DNA of 64,000 nt from an uncultured delta proteobacterium (GTDB taxonomy: Bacteria > Bdellovibrionota > FAC87 > UBA2466), in contig CAVZSV010000004.1 of NCBI GenBank assembly GCA_963778115.1, forward strand, positions 1,120,001 through 1,184,000. Direction: 5' to 3'. Position 1 is the first letter of the stretch; the number at the start of each line of letters is the position of its first letter. Below are positions 28,693 through 37,804 of this stretch, piece after piece. The position numbers and the translations under genes were made by a program. The notes under the pieces are model-generated. The model was not told the origin of the DNA and did no database searches. It saw only the letters and a list, made by a program, of their open reading frames with translations.

Positions 28693-29787
28693 TTGAACGT
28701 TTCCAGGCAGAGTCTTCTTTTATGCATCCTCTTTCCTTTGTGGTCTTACGGCGACCCTCTCATCCCCGGACCTACGCAATCTCTCCCACTTAACCCCGCG
28801 TGTGACTCTTCGGTCGCTCTCACAGTGTCGCTCCAGGAGATTGAATCGGCCGCCACGAGAATTGGGAGATATCTCTCTCCCACTCGGCTAGTTCGAAGCG
28901 AGATCCTATCAAACCAGTTCCACGCCGAGGTTTGGCTTAAATTAGAAATGGACCATCCGATAGGCGCTTTCAAAATACGGGGTGCTCTCAATAAGATATT
29001 GCAGCTGACCAGCGAACAACGAAAACACGGAATCATCGCGGCAAGTTCCGGTAACCACGCGTTGGGTGTCGCATGGGCAGCTCGAGAACTGGGATTAAAG
29101 TGTGTAATCGTAATGCCGGTTTCCGTTCCCGAAACCAAAAGAAGCAAAGCAGAGAAATTAGGGGCCGAAATCATCCAAACGGGTGAGGACTTTTCTCAAG
29201 CACAAGAAAGAGCCTTCAAGATTCGGGAACAGCGCGGGCTCGTTCTCATTCATCCCTTTGAAGATGCTGAGATCATCGCGGGACAAGGAACTGTGGTTCT
29301 TGAGATTTTAAGACAACTCCCCCAAGTCAATCTCCTCATATCCCCTGTGGGAGGAGGAGGTCTCATCGGAGGTATTTCGACAGTGCTAAAATCCCGTCCG
29401 GAAATTCGGGTAGTCGGTGTCCAACCAGTGGCCGCGGCAACTATGATCGGAGCTTTTCGAGAAGGACGTGCCATATCCATTCCAGTGGCTAACACTGTCG
29501 CTGACGGAGTGAAAATTTCTCAAGGCAGTGAAAGAATGTACCAACTCCTTAAGTCTCTCATTCCGTCTGAAAATCTTCTTGCGGTCGAAGAGGCGGCTAT
29601 TAAACGCGCGATGCAAACGCTTCAAAACGACGAGGGACTTGTGGTTGAAGGCTCGGGAGCCCTCTCTCTCGCCGGCCTAAATGAACTAAGTGCTCAAGCC
29701 CCCAGTCAGGTTCGCGGAAAAACCATAGTGCTTATCCTCAGCGGTGGGAACGTCGATACCTTTGGCGAAGCAAAAGAGTATCCTTAA
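28693..29787 (+). CDS. PLP-dependent threonine/serine dehydratase (catalytic domain only) with an N-terminal signal-like extension
   Basis: LKLE, GAFKIRGA, AASSGNHA, IHPFED, IIAGQGT, PVGGGGLIGG, VEGSGA, ILSGGNVD; TTG 28693 follows AGGAGAGG. Confidence 0.88.
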   Translation: MNVSRQSLLLCILFPLWSYGDPLIPGPTQSLPLNPACDSSVALTVSLQEIESAATRIGRYLSPTRLVRSEILSNQFHAEVWLKLEMDHPIGAFKIRGALNKILQLTSEQRKHGIIAASSGNHALGVAWAARELGLKCVIVMPVSVPETKRSKAEKLGAEIIQTGEDFSQAQERAFKIREQRGLVLIHPFEDAEIIAGQGTVVLEILRQLPQVNLLISPVGGGGLIGGISTVLKSRPEIRVVGVQPVAAATMIGAFREGRAISIPVANTVADGVKISQGSERMYQLLKSLIPSENLLAVEEAAIKRAMQTLQNDEGLVVEGSGALSLAGLNELSAQAPSQVRGKTIVLILSGGNVDTFGEAKEYP

Positions 29788-29915
29788 CGAGTAATCGGAA
29801 GGTTAATCTTAAGATTAATAAACTGGGTTCTTTCTAAATGACGCTTGCGGTCGAGAACACCGTTGAGGGAAACCCAGAGGTAGGGTGCGGCGGCGGCATG
29901 GAACGGTGCTAACCC

Positions 29916-30316
29916 ACTCTTGCGCATCCCCACGCCAAAGGGCCGTAAACCCCCAAACCCAAAAAAAGAAAACCAATTTATCCGCCGCGCGACGGCAAAA
30001 AAATAATCCCGGTCCGAGATCCGAAAATAAAGAGAAAAAAAACGAAAGCGCCAGCGACAGAACAATCTTCTCACTCCTCCGTCTTCATAACGGCCTCGCA
30101 CAAAAGAAAGCAGGGACTCCTAGGAAGGCCCGTCTCAAATTACAGAACGAGGTCCATGCACTAGTCATCACCCAAGCACCAGCGTCGGAAGGTACAAACT
30201 TTTCCTGAGCGGAGCGACGGCACAGGTTAGACGTTCTTGAATAAACAACTCTTGCGCACCCCAACGCCAAAGTAAGCCCCCCAAACCCAAAAATCCGAGA
30301 AGAAAGAGAAAAAAAA
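29916..30316. repeat. Two degenerate direct-repeat copies in a non-coding stretch
   Basis: ACTCTTGCGCA.CCC.ACGCCAAAG...CCCCCAAACCCAAAA at 29916 and 30248, each followed by ATCCGA.AA.AAAGAGAAAAAAA (30019 and 30293). Confidence 0.7.
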
Positions 30317-30900
30317 TAGGATGCGTCGGACAAATTATGATTGACACGATTCCTCAAAGAATCGGGTTATGGGAGTCATGACTTGTCCGCTGGTAAATAA
30401 ACCACGCTCCTCTTCGTTTCCTTCGACGCTACGAGATTGTTTTTTGGGTAATCACCTGGGCTCCTCACATGATTCGAATCATGTTGCAGTGACGTAAATA
30501 CCGCAAAAAAAGTCACTCCAAAAACCCGTGTTAGAAATAGAACAACACGGAGGTTTGTAGGTGGAGACAAGATTTTATAGCGCTTTCTTTAAATAATAGT
30601 GAATTAGTAAGTCGATTTCGTCGGTCGGTGAAAGCCGAAAGAAAGATTCAAGCGCAGGTATTAGCGTACCTAGCTGTGATAGAGCAGCGAAAGATTTTTG
30701 CGGTAGAAGGGTGACCACATCATTCCGTGGGCTGTGGGAGGTAAACATGAATCGAGGAATGTGAGGTGGCTGTGTAGTACGCATAATCAGCTGGAGGCGG
30801 ATAAGTTTTTTGGGAAAGCTTGGATGGACCAATGCCGGGGGAAGAACAGACCGGAACAAGGTCAGTTGCTTAACTAACCATCCACTTTACGAGGGGAAGC

Positions 30901-31123
30901 GACTTCCGCTTCCCTGTCACCACAGGCCTTTCAGAGGGTATTAACCGCGCCATCAAGGGCCTTAAATGGCAGGCCTATGGCTACAAAGACATGGAGTACT
31001 TCAAACTTAAAATTCTCCAAAAGGTGGGTTACCTAAACTACCGATATTGTTTAATCGCAAACTTTTAAGAGAAAGGGCCATAAACTGTCTAACTATTTTA
31101 CACTCTAATCAAAGTCCGAAACC
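30901..31123 (+). mobile_element. ISL3-family transposase 3' remnant with possible right end
   Basis: 30901-31068 translates as DFRFPVTTGLSEGINRAIKGLKWQAYGYKDMEYFKLKILQKVGYL, the ISL3 C-terminal signature; no 5' part seen. Confidence 0.85.
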
Positions 31124-31273
31124 TCCCGACGCAAATGTGCTAACAACTTCAAAATTTTGCACATGTTCTCAAGGCAGCGTTCCATCAATTTTTGACATTC
31201 GTCCGGTACCCTAAACTCTGGCGAGGTTTATTTTTCCTTAGCAAAAACCATCGCCTGAGGAGGGTTTAGCTCC

Positions 31274-32134
31274 GTGCGACTGCGAAGACTTTATTTTTTC
31301 GCCTTTGTTTTCATGGTGGCTTCGTCGTTAGCTATTGCTGAAACAGATCCCACCCCGTCGAACTCACCTGAAATTTGGTCGAAACCCGAGTCGGGTCAAG
31401 TGCGAGAGCAGAGCCCCGCGACGCCCTCCGCTTCGCCGTCACCGTCACCTTCGCCTTCGCCCTCTCCCATGTATTACCCTTGGGCTAGGCCCGCGGAAAC
31501 CCCGGACGAACCCACGTCTCCTAATGACATTTGGTCGAAGCCAGAGCCGGGAAATACACGTGTGACTCCCCCCCCTCCCCCGAGATATTACGTAAGGCCT
31601 TCACCAGAACCGGATTATGAATCGGATTGGAAAAATGAGAACGATTCGTGGCACAAAGAGATTGGGTTTTCGATAGGAACTCCTTCAATTTTGAATATCG
31701 ATCTTGGCTACTGGGGATCTAAGTCGTTTCCCTTGCTGGTGAGATTCTCCGGAATGTATTACGGCGACACCCGGGGAGCACAAGTCGACGTGGGGTATAT
31801 CTTTTCGCAGCATTTTCACATGCGGCAATACTTTGCCTTGTCAGCCACGTCGCTACAGACTTCGGTGGATTATTTTTCTTTTAGCTCCAATAGCAATGTC
31901 ACCGCATATCAGGATGCTTTTAATGGCGTGGGACCTACGTATGGCTTCAATTGGGATGGAGTCAATTTCCAAGTGGGTGTTGCCTTTGGTCAGGATCACT
32001 CTACGCATAGCTATCCGGGAGGATATTCCTACACCTACGGAGGAGGCACTGTTTATAACCAACCGCAAACGACATCGCTAAATCAGTTCGAGCCGATGCT
32101 GTTAGTGCAGATTGGATATTCGTTTATTTGGTAA
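31274..32134 (+). CDS. Secreted protein, Pro/Ser-rich N-terminus plus probable small outer-membrane beta-barrel
   Basis: Signal peptide, SP repeats, duplicated IWSKPE motif, amphipathic strands, C-terminal LVQIGYSFIW. Confidence 0.7.
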   Translation: MRLRRLYFFAFVFMVASSLAIAETDPTPSNSPEIWSKPESGQVREQSPATPSASPSPSPSPSPSPMYYPWARPAETPDEPTSPNDIWSKPEPGNTRVTPPPPPRYYVRPSPEPDYESDWKNENDSWHKEIGFSIGTPSILNIDLGYWGSKSFPLLVRFSGMYYGDTRGAQVDVGYIFSQHFHMRQYFALSATSLQTSVDYFSFSSNSNVTAYQDAFNGVGPTYGFNWDGVNFQVGVAFGQDHSTHSYPGGYSYTYGGGTVYNQPQTTSLNQFEPMLLVQIGYSFIW

Positions 32135-32166
32135 TGGGATGGAATCGATTCGAGAGGTACGTATCT

Positions 32167-33123
32167 ATGTCTATCAAAACGAGAATAATAATTGTCCTAA
32201 GTGCGTTAAGTTTCCTGGTGACCTCGGCATTCGCAGAAGATGATAATCAATACGCCGCTTCGCCCGAGAGAGTTCAGATTATTTCTATCGGGGGTAAATC
32301 CCTTTCGACACACCCTTCGGTCATTAATGTATTGCCAGGAGAACAGATTTCATTCGGTGCCGATATTCTTCAATCTGGAAACGCTTGCTACAACCCTGAC
32401 GGGTGTCGTGAAGGAAAAGCCGCTGAAGAATTTATTTGGACCGCGGACAATCGAGAAGACAACGAATGTGCGGCACGTCATCCTAACAGCTGCGGCCGAA
32501 GTAATTTCCAGACGGATGGAAACGAAATCGTATTCCATATTCCCGCCTCCATGGGACGAGAGATCACTATCAAAGTGACTCATGAGACCTTATCCCTGCA
32601 AGATACGATCGTATTACACAATAGTAACTACCCGGACGTCGCAACCGATGATGTTTCCCCGTACGTTCACTACGACACTTACGACTCACACAATTTTTAC
32701 ACTCTCGCTCCGACAGATATCCACGAGCCCTATTGGTATCCTTATTACCCGTACGATAGCTGGTGGGGTTCGGGACCGTACCCTTATTACCCCTATGCTT
32801 ATTGGTGGGGCCCCTATCCTTATTATCGAGTCGGGTGGTGGGGCTGGGGAGGACCCGGATGGTCGGTTGGATTTGCTTTCTATGGGGGAGGATGGGGTTG
32901 GGGGTGGGGACGTCCCTATCGAGGTTGGACCTATGCGGGTTCTTACCATCCCGGATTCTACGGCTATTACCGCTCCAGTTGGTCCCACCCCACTGTCGCT
33001 AGATACGGTGCTCCGGTCTACCGCTCGATGCCAGCACGTCCGATGGGTTATGGTTATGGTGGTGGCTACCGGAGTGGCGGCGGCTATTGGGGAGGTCGAG
33101 GCGGCGGACGCCGCTGGCGGTAG
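32167..33123 (+). CDS. Secreted protein with Ig-like N-terminal region and Tyr/Trp/Gly/Arg-rich tail
   Basis: Signal peptide ending AFA, two Cys pairs, YPYY/WWG/GGY low-complexity C-terminus. Confidence 0.7.
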   Translation: MSIKTRIIIVLSALSFLVTSAFAEDDNQYAASPERVQIISIGGKSLSTHPSVINVLPGEQISFGADILQSGNACYNPDGCREGKAAEEFIWTADNREDNECAARHPNSCGRSNFQTDGNEIVFHIPASMGREITIKVTHETLSLQDTIVLHNSNYPDVATDDVSPYVHYDTYDSHNFYTLAPTDIHEPYWYPYYPYDSWWGSGPYPYYPYAYWWGPYPYYRVGWWGWGGPGWSVGFAFYGGGWGWGWGRPYRGWTYAGSYHPGFYGYYRSSWSHPTVARYGAPVYRSMPARPMGYGYGGGYRSGGGYWGGRGGGRRWR

Positions 33124-33166
33124 GATTTCGCCTTCTAATAACGGCGTCCAGGCGTTACCCTAGAGT

Positions 33167-35314
33167 ATGCCGAAATGGATGCCGAAATTGTTGTTGCTAG
33201 TGGTGATCACCGCTATCACTGTCGCCTTCTTTGCCTTCGATCTGAAACAATTTCTTTCTTTGGAGCAGCTGAAAAATAGCCAAGTCGCCTTTCAAGCGTA
33301 CTACCACGCCCACCCAAGACTCACCCTGCTAGGCTTCTTTGCGCTTTATGTAGCGGTCGCAGCCCTCTCTCTCCCTGGGACTACTTTGCTAACGCTAGCC
33401 GGCGGCGCTCTTTTTGGATTAGAGGTCGGGATGGTAGTCATATCTTTCGCGAGCTCGGTAGGAGCTACCGCGGCCTTTTTAGTCTCTCGCTATCTGATGA
33501 GAGACTATGTGCAATCCACCTTCGCAGACAAATTACGATCCGCCAACGAAGGGATTAGACAAGACGGAGCGTTTTACCTTTTTAGCCTTAGAATTATTCC
33601 TCTGTTTCCTTTTTTCATGGTGAACGTGGTAATGGGGCTAACACCCCTCTCTCCCCTTACGTTTTACTGGGTGAGCCAATTAGGAATGCTTCCTGGGACT
33701 TTCGTTTACGTAAACGCAGGGACTCAAATCAGCCATATCTCTTCGGTAAGCGCAATACTATCCATGAAACTTCTTTTCTCCTTTGCTCTCTTAGGTATTT
33801 TCCCCCTGCTCGCCAAAAAGACGCTTGAAAAACTTAAGGGGCGAAAGGGCACAAGAAAATATTCGCGCCCCCGTTCTTATGACTATAATTTGGTGGTAAT
33901 CGGTGCCGGCTCAGCGGGGTTAGTCACCGCTTATATTGCCGTCGCCGTTAAAGCCAAAGTGGCTCTCATCGAAAAAGATAAGATGGGAGGAGACTGTCTT
34001 AATACCGGATGTGTCCCTAGCAAAGCGCTCCTTCGATCGGCCAGGATTCTCTCCTATGCCAAACATCCCAAAGACTTCGGCTTTAAAAGCGGCCACTTCG
34101 AATTTGAATTTGGCGAAGTGATGGAGAGGATCCAACGAGTTATCAACAAAATTGCCCCGCACGATACCGTGGAGAGATATTCACAACTCGGAGTCGACTG
34201 CCTCCAAGGAACGGCAAAGATTACCTCTCCCTTTACGATTGAAGTAGACGGGCGAACGCTAACCACCAAAAGTATCGTTATCGCGACCGGAGCGAAGCCT
34301 ATCGTTCCCTCTTTAGAGGGAATCGAGAAAGTCCACTATCTTACTTCCGAGAGCATTTGGTCTTTGCGAGTTCAGCCCAAGAAGCTAGCTATTTTGGGAG
34401 GCGGCCCACTCGGCTGCGAAATCGCCCAATGTTTCACACGCCTGGGAACCCAAGTGACTCTGGTCCAAAAGGCGAGTCACCTTCTCCCGCGCGAAGACGA
34501 TGAGATTTCAGATTTTATCCAGAGTCGATTTCAGGAAGAAGGAGTCACTACCCTCACCCAGCACTTAGCCACTTCGGTTAGCGTTGAGGGAAATCAGAAA
34601 TTGCTCCTCTGCAAGAATGAGAAGACAGGCCAGGAGCACCGAGTAGAATTCGATGAGTTACTGATCGGTACCGGGAGAAAACCCAATGTGAGTGGGTTTG
34701 GATTGGAGGAGCTAGGAGTAAGGCTAGCGCCCCAAGGAACTATCGAAGTCGACGATTTTCTGCGGACCAATTACCCTAATATCTACGTCTGCGGAGACGT
34801 CGCCGGCCCCTATCAGTTCACCCATTTCGGCGCCCACCAAGCCTGGTACGCCGCCGTGAATGCTCTATTCGCCCCTTGGGTAAATTACAGGGCCGACTAC
34901 CGAGTCATCCCGTGGGTGACCTACACCGATCCTGAGATAGCACGCGTGGGGCTTAACGAAAAAGAGGCCGGTGAGAAAAATATCCCTTATGAGGTAACCC
35001 GCTACTCTTTGGAAGAGCTAGACCGAGCCATTACCGACGAGCAGGCCTATGGAATCATCAAAGTTCTTACGGTTCCGGGGAAAGACAAGATTTTAGGCGT
35101 TACGTCCGTAGGTGCCCATGCCGGCGAATACTTTATAGAGTTCGTTAGCGCGATGAAACACGGTTACGGATTAAGTAAGATCTTGGGAACCATTCATCCG
35201 TATCCTACTCTTGCCGAAGCGAATAAATATGTTGCTGGAGTTTGGAAAAAAAATCATGCACCTCAAAATCTTCTTCGTTGGGCAAAGCGTTTTCACGATT
35301 GGCGTCGACTTTAA
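33167..35314 (+). CDS. Fusion of a TVP38/TMEM64 (DedA/VTT) membrane domain and a pyridine nucleotide-disulfide oxidoreductase (MerA/Lpd-like)
   Basis: LSLPG..LLTLAGGALFG, LRIIPLFPF, LGMLPGT; then GAGSAG, GGDCLNTGCVPSK, GGGPLGCE, GDVAGPYQFTH, HPYPTLAE. Confidence 0.92.
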   Translation: MPKWMPKLLLLVVITAITVAFFAFDLKQFLSLEQLKNSQVAFQAYYHAHPRLTLLGFFALYVAVAALSLPGTTLLTLAGGALFGLEVGMVVISFASSVGATAAFLVSRYLMRDYVQSTFADKLRSANEGIRQDGAFYLFSLRIIPLFPFFMVNVVMGLTPLSPLTFYWVSQLGMLPGTFVYVNAGTQISHISSVSAILSMKLLFSFALLGIFPLLAKKTLEKLKGRKGTRKYSRPRSYDYNLVVIGAGSAGLVTAYIAVAVKAKVALIEKDKMGGDCLNTGCVPSKALLRSARILSYAKHPKDFGFKSGHFEFEFGEVMERIQRVINKIAPHDTVERYSQLGVDCLQGTAKITSPFTIEVDGRTLTTKSIVIATGAKPIVPSLEGIEKVHYLTSESIWSLRVQPKKLAILGGGPLGCEIAQCFTRLGTQVTLVQKASHLLPREDDEISDFIQSRFQEEGVTTLTQHLATSVSVEGNQKLLLCKNEKTGQEHRVEFDELLIGTGRKPNVSGFGLEELGVRLAPQGTIEVDDFLRTNYPNIYVCGDVAGPYQFTHFGAHQAWYAAVNALFAPWVNYRADYRVIPWVTYTDPEIARVGLNEKEAGEKNIPYEVTRYSLEELDRAITDEQAYGIIKVLTVPGKDKILGVTSVGAHAGEYFIEFVSAMKHGYGLSKILGTIHPYPTLAEANKYVAGVWKKNHAPQNLLRWAKRFHDWRRL

Positions 35315-36364
35315 TCAACTAAGACTTCCGCTGCAGCTTGACCCAGACCCCGCGGTACAACCGAAACAGTGTTGATTAGTCGCTATGCTTCGTCTTGATA
35401 ACGACTCCGCTGAAAAATCTTTAATATGACGAGAACCGACTGTAGTCACTTTCACATCAAGCATCTGATTAAAGTCACAATCGTAGAGAAAGCCGTCCCA
35501 CGATACGGAAAGCAAACTTCGGCACATGACATTGGATGCCGTCGTTGGATTAAAGCTGTTGAGGAGAAGATCCAGGTAATCCTCGAAATTCCCGTTTTCG
35601 ATCAAAGCGTCGAGAAACCGCGAGATGGGCAAGTTGGTGATGGCTATCAGGTGATTGAACTCAACGCCGTAATGACTTCGAAGCTCCCGTCTGTAGTCAG
35701 CTTCCAGATCGGATTGCGAGCCAGGCAAAAACGCTCCCACCGGGTTATAGACTAAATCCAAGATCAAGGAAGAGCCCTGTTGTCCGTAACCAACTCCATT
35801 TAGCCTCTGCAAAGCAGCAATAGACTTCTCAAAAACGCCGACACCCCGCTGTCTGTCGGTATTTTTTTCTCCGTAACAGGGTAGCGAGCTGATTACATGA
35901 ACACTTTGCTCTGAAAACAATTGGGCCAGATCCTCGTACTGTTTCCCTGCCATAAGAATCGTCAAGTTGCAGCGAACGATGAGATGGCGATCCAACTTTC
36001 GAATCTCTTGTACAAACCAACGAAAGTGGGGATTCATCTCGGGGGCTCCCCCGGTGAGATCAACGGTTGAAATGGCATTGGATCTCAATACGGTGAGACA
36101 CTCTTCCATCGTTTCTCGAGTCATCATTTCCGTTCGATCAGGTCCGGCATCTACGTGACAGTGTTCGCACACCTGGTTACATAACTTTCCCAGGTTTATC
36201 TGAAGCGTTTCTATCCCGGTAGCTCTCAGCGGCAGAAGTCCGCTTTGCGCGAGTTTACTTTGGAATTTCGGGAGACTTCGGACCTTAGGGCTATAGTTAT
36301 TGAGCATTTCGATCTGTCTTTCGGGATTAGAAAGAGCAGATTGTCTACTAAGAAGGGTCTTCAT
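35315..36364 (-). CDS. arsS: Arsenosugar-biosynthesis-type radical SAM protein (ArsS family, Cys-rich C-terminus)
   Basis: QINLGKLCNQVCEHCHV (CxxxCxxC), DLTGGAPE, SLPCY, LVYNP, MCRSLLSVSWDG.LYDCDFNQ, HCFGCTAGSGSSC. Confidence 0.9.
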   Translation of the reverse strand: MKTLLSRQSALSNPERQIEMLNNYSPKVRSLPKFQSKLAQSGLLPLRATGIETLQINLGKLCNQVCEHCHVDAGPDRTEMMTRETMEECLTVLRSNAISTVDLTGGAPEMNPHFRWFVQEIRKLDRHLIVRCNLTILMAGKQYEDLAQLFSEQSVHVISSLPCYGEKNTDRQRGVGVFEKSIAALQRLNGVGYGQQGSSLILDLVYNPVGAFLPGSQSDLEADYRRELRSHYGVEFNHLIAITNLPISRFLDALIENGNFEDYLDLLLNSFNPTTASNVMCRSLLSVSWDGFLYDCDFNQMLDVKVTTVGSRHIKDFSAESLSRRSIATNQHCFGCTAGSGSSCSGSLS

Positions 36365-36409
36365 TTAAGTCTCTAAGCTTCGCCACTTTCGTAGTATGTA
36401 TCCAATACC

Positions 36410-37804
36410 ATGGCGTCGATTTCAATCATAATTCCCTTGGGGCCGGATGAGCCTTTGCCCCTTTCGCTTATCGCGTCGGTAAGCGCCCTACCCGATGCCG
36501 AAATTCTTATAGCCTCTGGCGAAAGAGGCGAAGTTTCTTTGCCAAATGTTCTTACGATCTCCTCGCAATGGGGACGAGCAATCCAACAAAATACCGCGGC
36601 AAATAGTGCTTCTGCCGATTGGCTTTGGTTCCTCCATGCCGACAGTCTTGTCACCCCTGAAGCCCTAAATTGCGTTTCGAACATTTTAGATTCCTCGAAA
36701 CGAAACTTTTATTACTTCCGCTTGGGCTTTGATAACGATGGCCCAAAGACCGTTCACATTAATGAATGGGGGGCCAATTTGCGATCTCGTTGGTTAGGCC
36801 TCCCCTTTGGGGATCAAGGTTTCTTACTGTCCAAACCTTTATGGCGTGGATTAGGAAAATTTAGGCAAGATGTTACCTACGGAGAAGATCATCTTTTGAT
36901 TTGGGCCGCCAAGAGAGCTGGGGTTCCTCTGGTACCGCTTCCCGCCAAATTAACCACTAGTGCCAGAAAGTACCGAAGTCATGGATGGCTTCCGACAACC
37001 CGGTGGTCCGTATCGGCTACCTATCGCCAGGCTTTTGGTGAAGCAAAAGAATATCTAGCTCTTAAGAACCCCGCTCGAGATACCAGAGCGGCGCTAGCGA
37101 TCTTTGTCAAAACTCCAAAGTTTTCTCCTATAAAGACTAGACTTGCTGAGTCCACGTCGCCTGATTTTGCATCGCGCTTTTACGAACTTGCGATCCTAGC
37201 CGCTAACGAATTAGCTACCGCAGCAAAACACTCTGGACATTTTTTCCCTTACTGGTGTGTGGCCGAAAAAGAAGCGCTAAATGACTTGCATTGGAAATCC
37301 TTTCCCGCGATCGCTCAGGGAGAAGGAGGTTTGGGAGATAGGCTTCACACCATCTATCACTTTCTACTCAAAAGGCACTCCAAAGTCTTTCTCATCGGAT
37401 GTGATTGTCCCCATCTCAGTATGAGAGAAATGGCTTCGGCGCTGGATAGCCTTCGGGAAAATTCTTTTGTCGCGGGACCTGCGCGGGACGGCGGATTTTA
37501 TCTTTTCGGAGGGAAAACACCTATCGAAAGGGGAGCCTGGAACTCAGTACCCTATAGCAGCGAAGAGACTCTAAGTCAGTTAAGAGCTTGTCTGACCCCT
37601 TTGGGGGATTGGGGAACCCTGGCCCCTAAGACCGATGTCGATACCGCAAGAGATCTCATTTCTCTCAAGAATGAATTAGCCGATGCTGAACTTTCGCAAA
37701 GCAAAGCGCTAAAACAAATGGAAAAGGAATTACTTCAACAGCAAGCGCCGCTGGAATCTGGTTTTGAGCTTTCTAAAGAAGGCGCACAATTAAGTAATCC
37801 ATAA
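36410..37804 (+). CDS. Fused rSAM/arsenosugar-associated transferases: GT2 (TIGR04283-like) plus DUF2064 (TIGR04282-like)
   Basis: N half: ISIIIP, GRAIQQN, FLHADS, LPFGDQG, TTSARKY. C half: IFVKTP, IKTRLA, QGEGGLGDRL, IGCDCPHL, GPARDGGFYL, DVDT. Confidence 0.88.
   Translation: MASISIIIPLGPDEPLPLSLIASVSALPDAEILIASGERGEVSLPNVLTISSQWGRAIQQNTAANSASADWLWFLHADSLVTPEALNCVSNILDSSKRNFYYFRLGFDNDGPKTVHINEWGANLRSRWLGLPFGDQGFLLSKPLWRGLGKFRQDVTYGEDHLLIWAAKRAGVPLVPLPAKLTTSARKYRSHGWLPTTRWSVSATYRQAFGEAKEYLALKNPARDTRAALAIFVKTPKFSPIKTRLAESTSPDFASRFYELAILAANELATAAKHSGHFFPYWCVAEKEALNDLHWKSFPAIAQGEGGLGDRLHTIYHFLLKRHSKVFLIGCDCPHLSMREMASALDSLRENSFVAGPARDGGFYLFGGKTPIERGAWNSVPYSSEETLSQLRACLTPLGDWGTLAPKTDVDTARDLISLKNELADAELSQSKALKQMEKELLQQQAPLESGFELSKEGAQLSNP

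Noticed and set aside
29784..30859. Short ORFs in the repeat/IS scar region
   Set aside because: Overlapping, compositionally skewed and without family motifs or clear RBSs.
33167..35314. Mercuric reductase merA / mercury resistance operon
   Set aside because: No C-terminal Cys-Cys pair, no metal-binding N-terminal domain, and no merR/T/P genes.
35315..35345. Selenocysteine in the ArsS C-terminus
   Set aside because: The GSSC position is TGC (Cys), and the TGA falls at the normal end of the protein.
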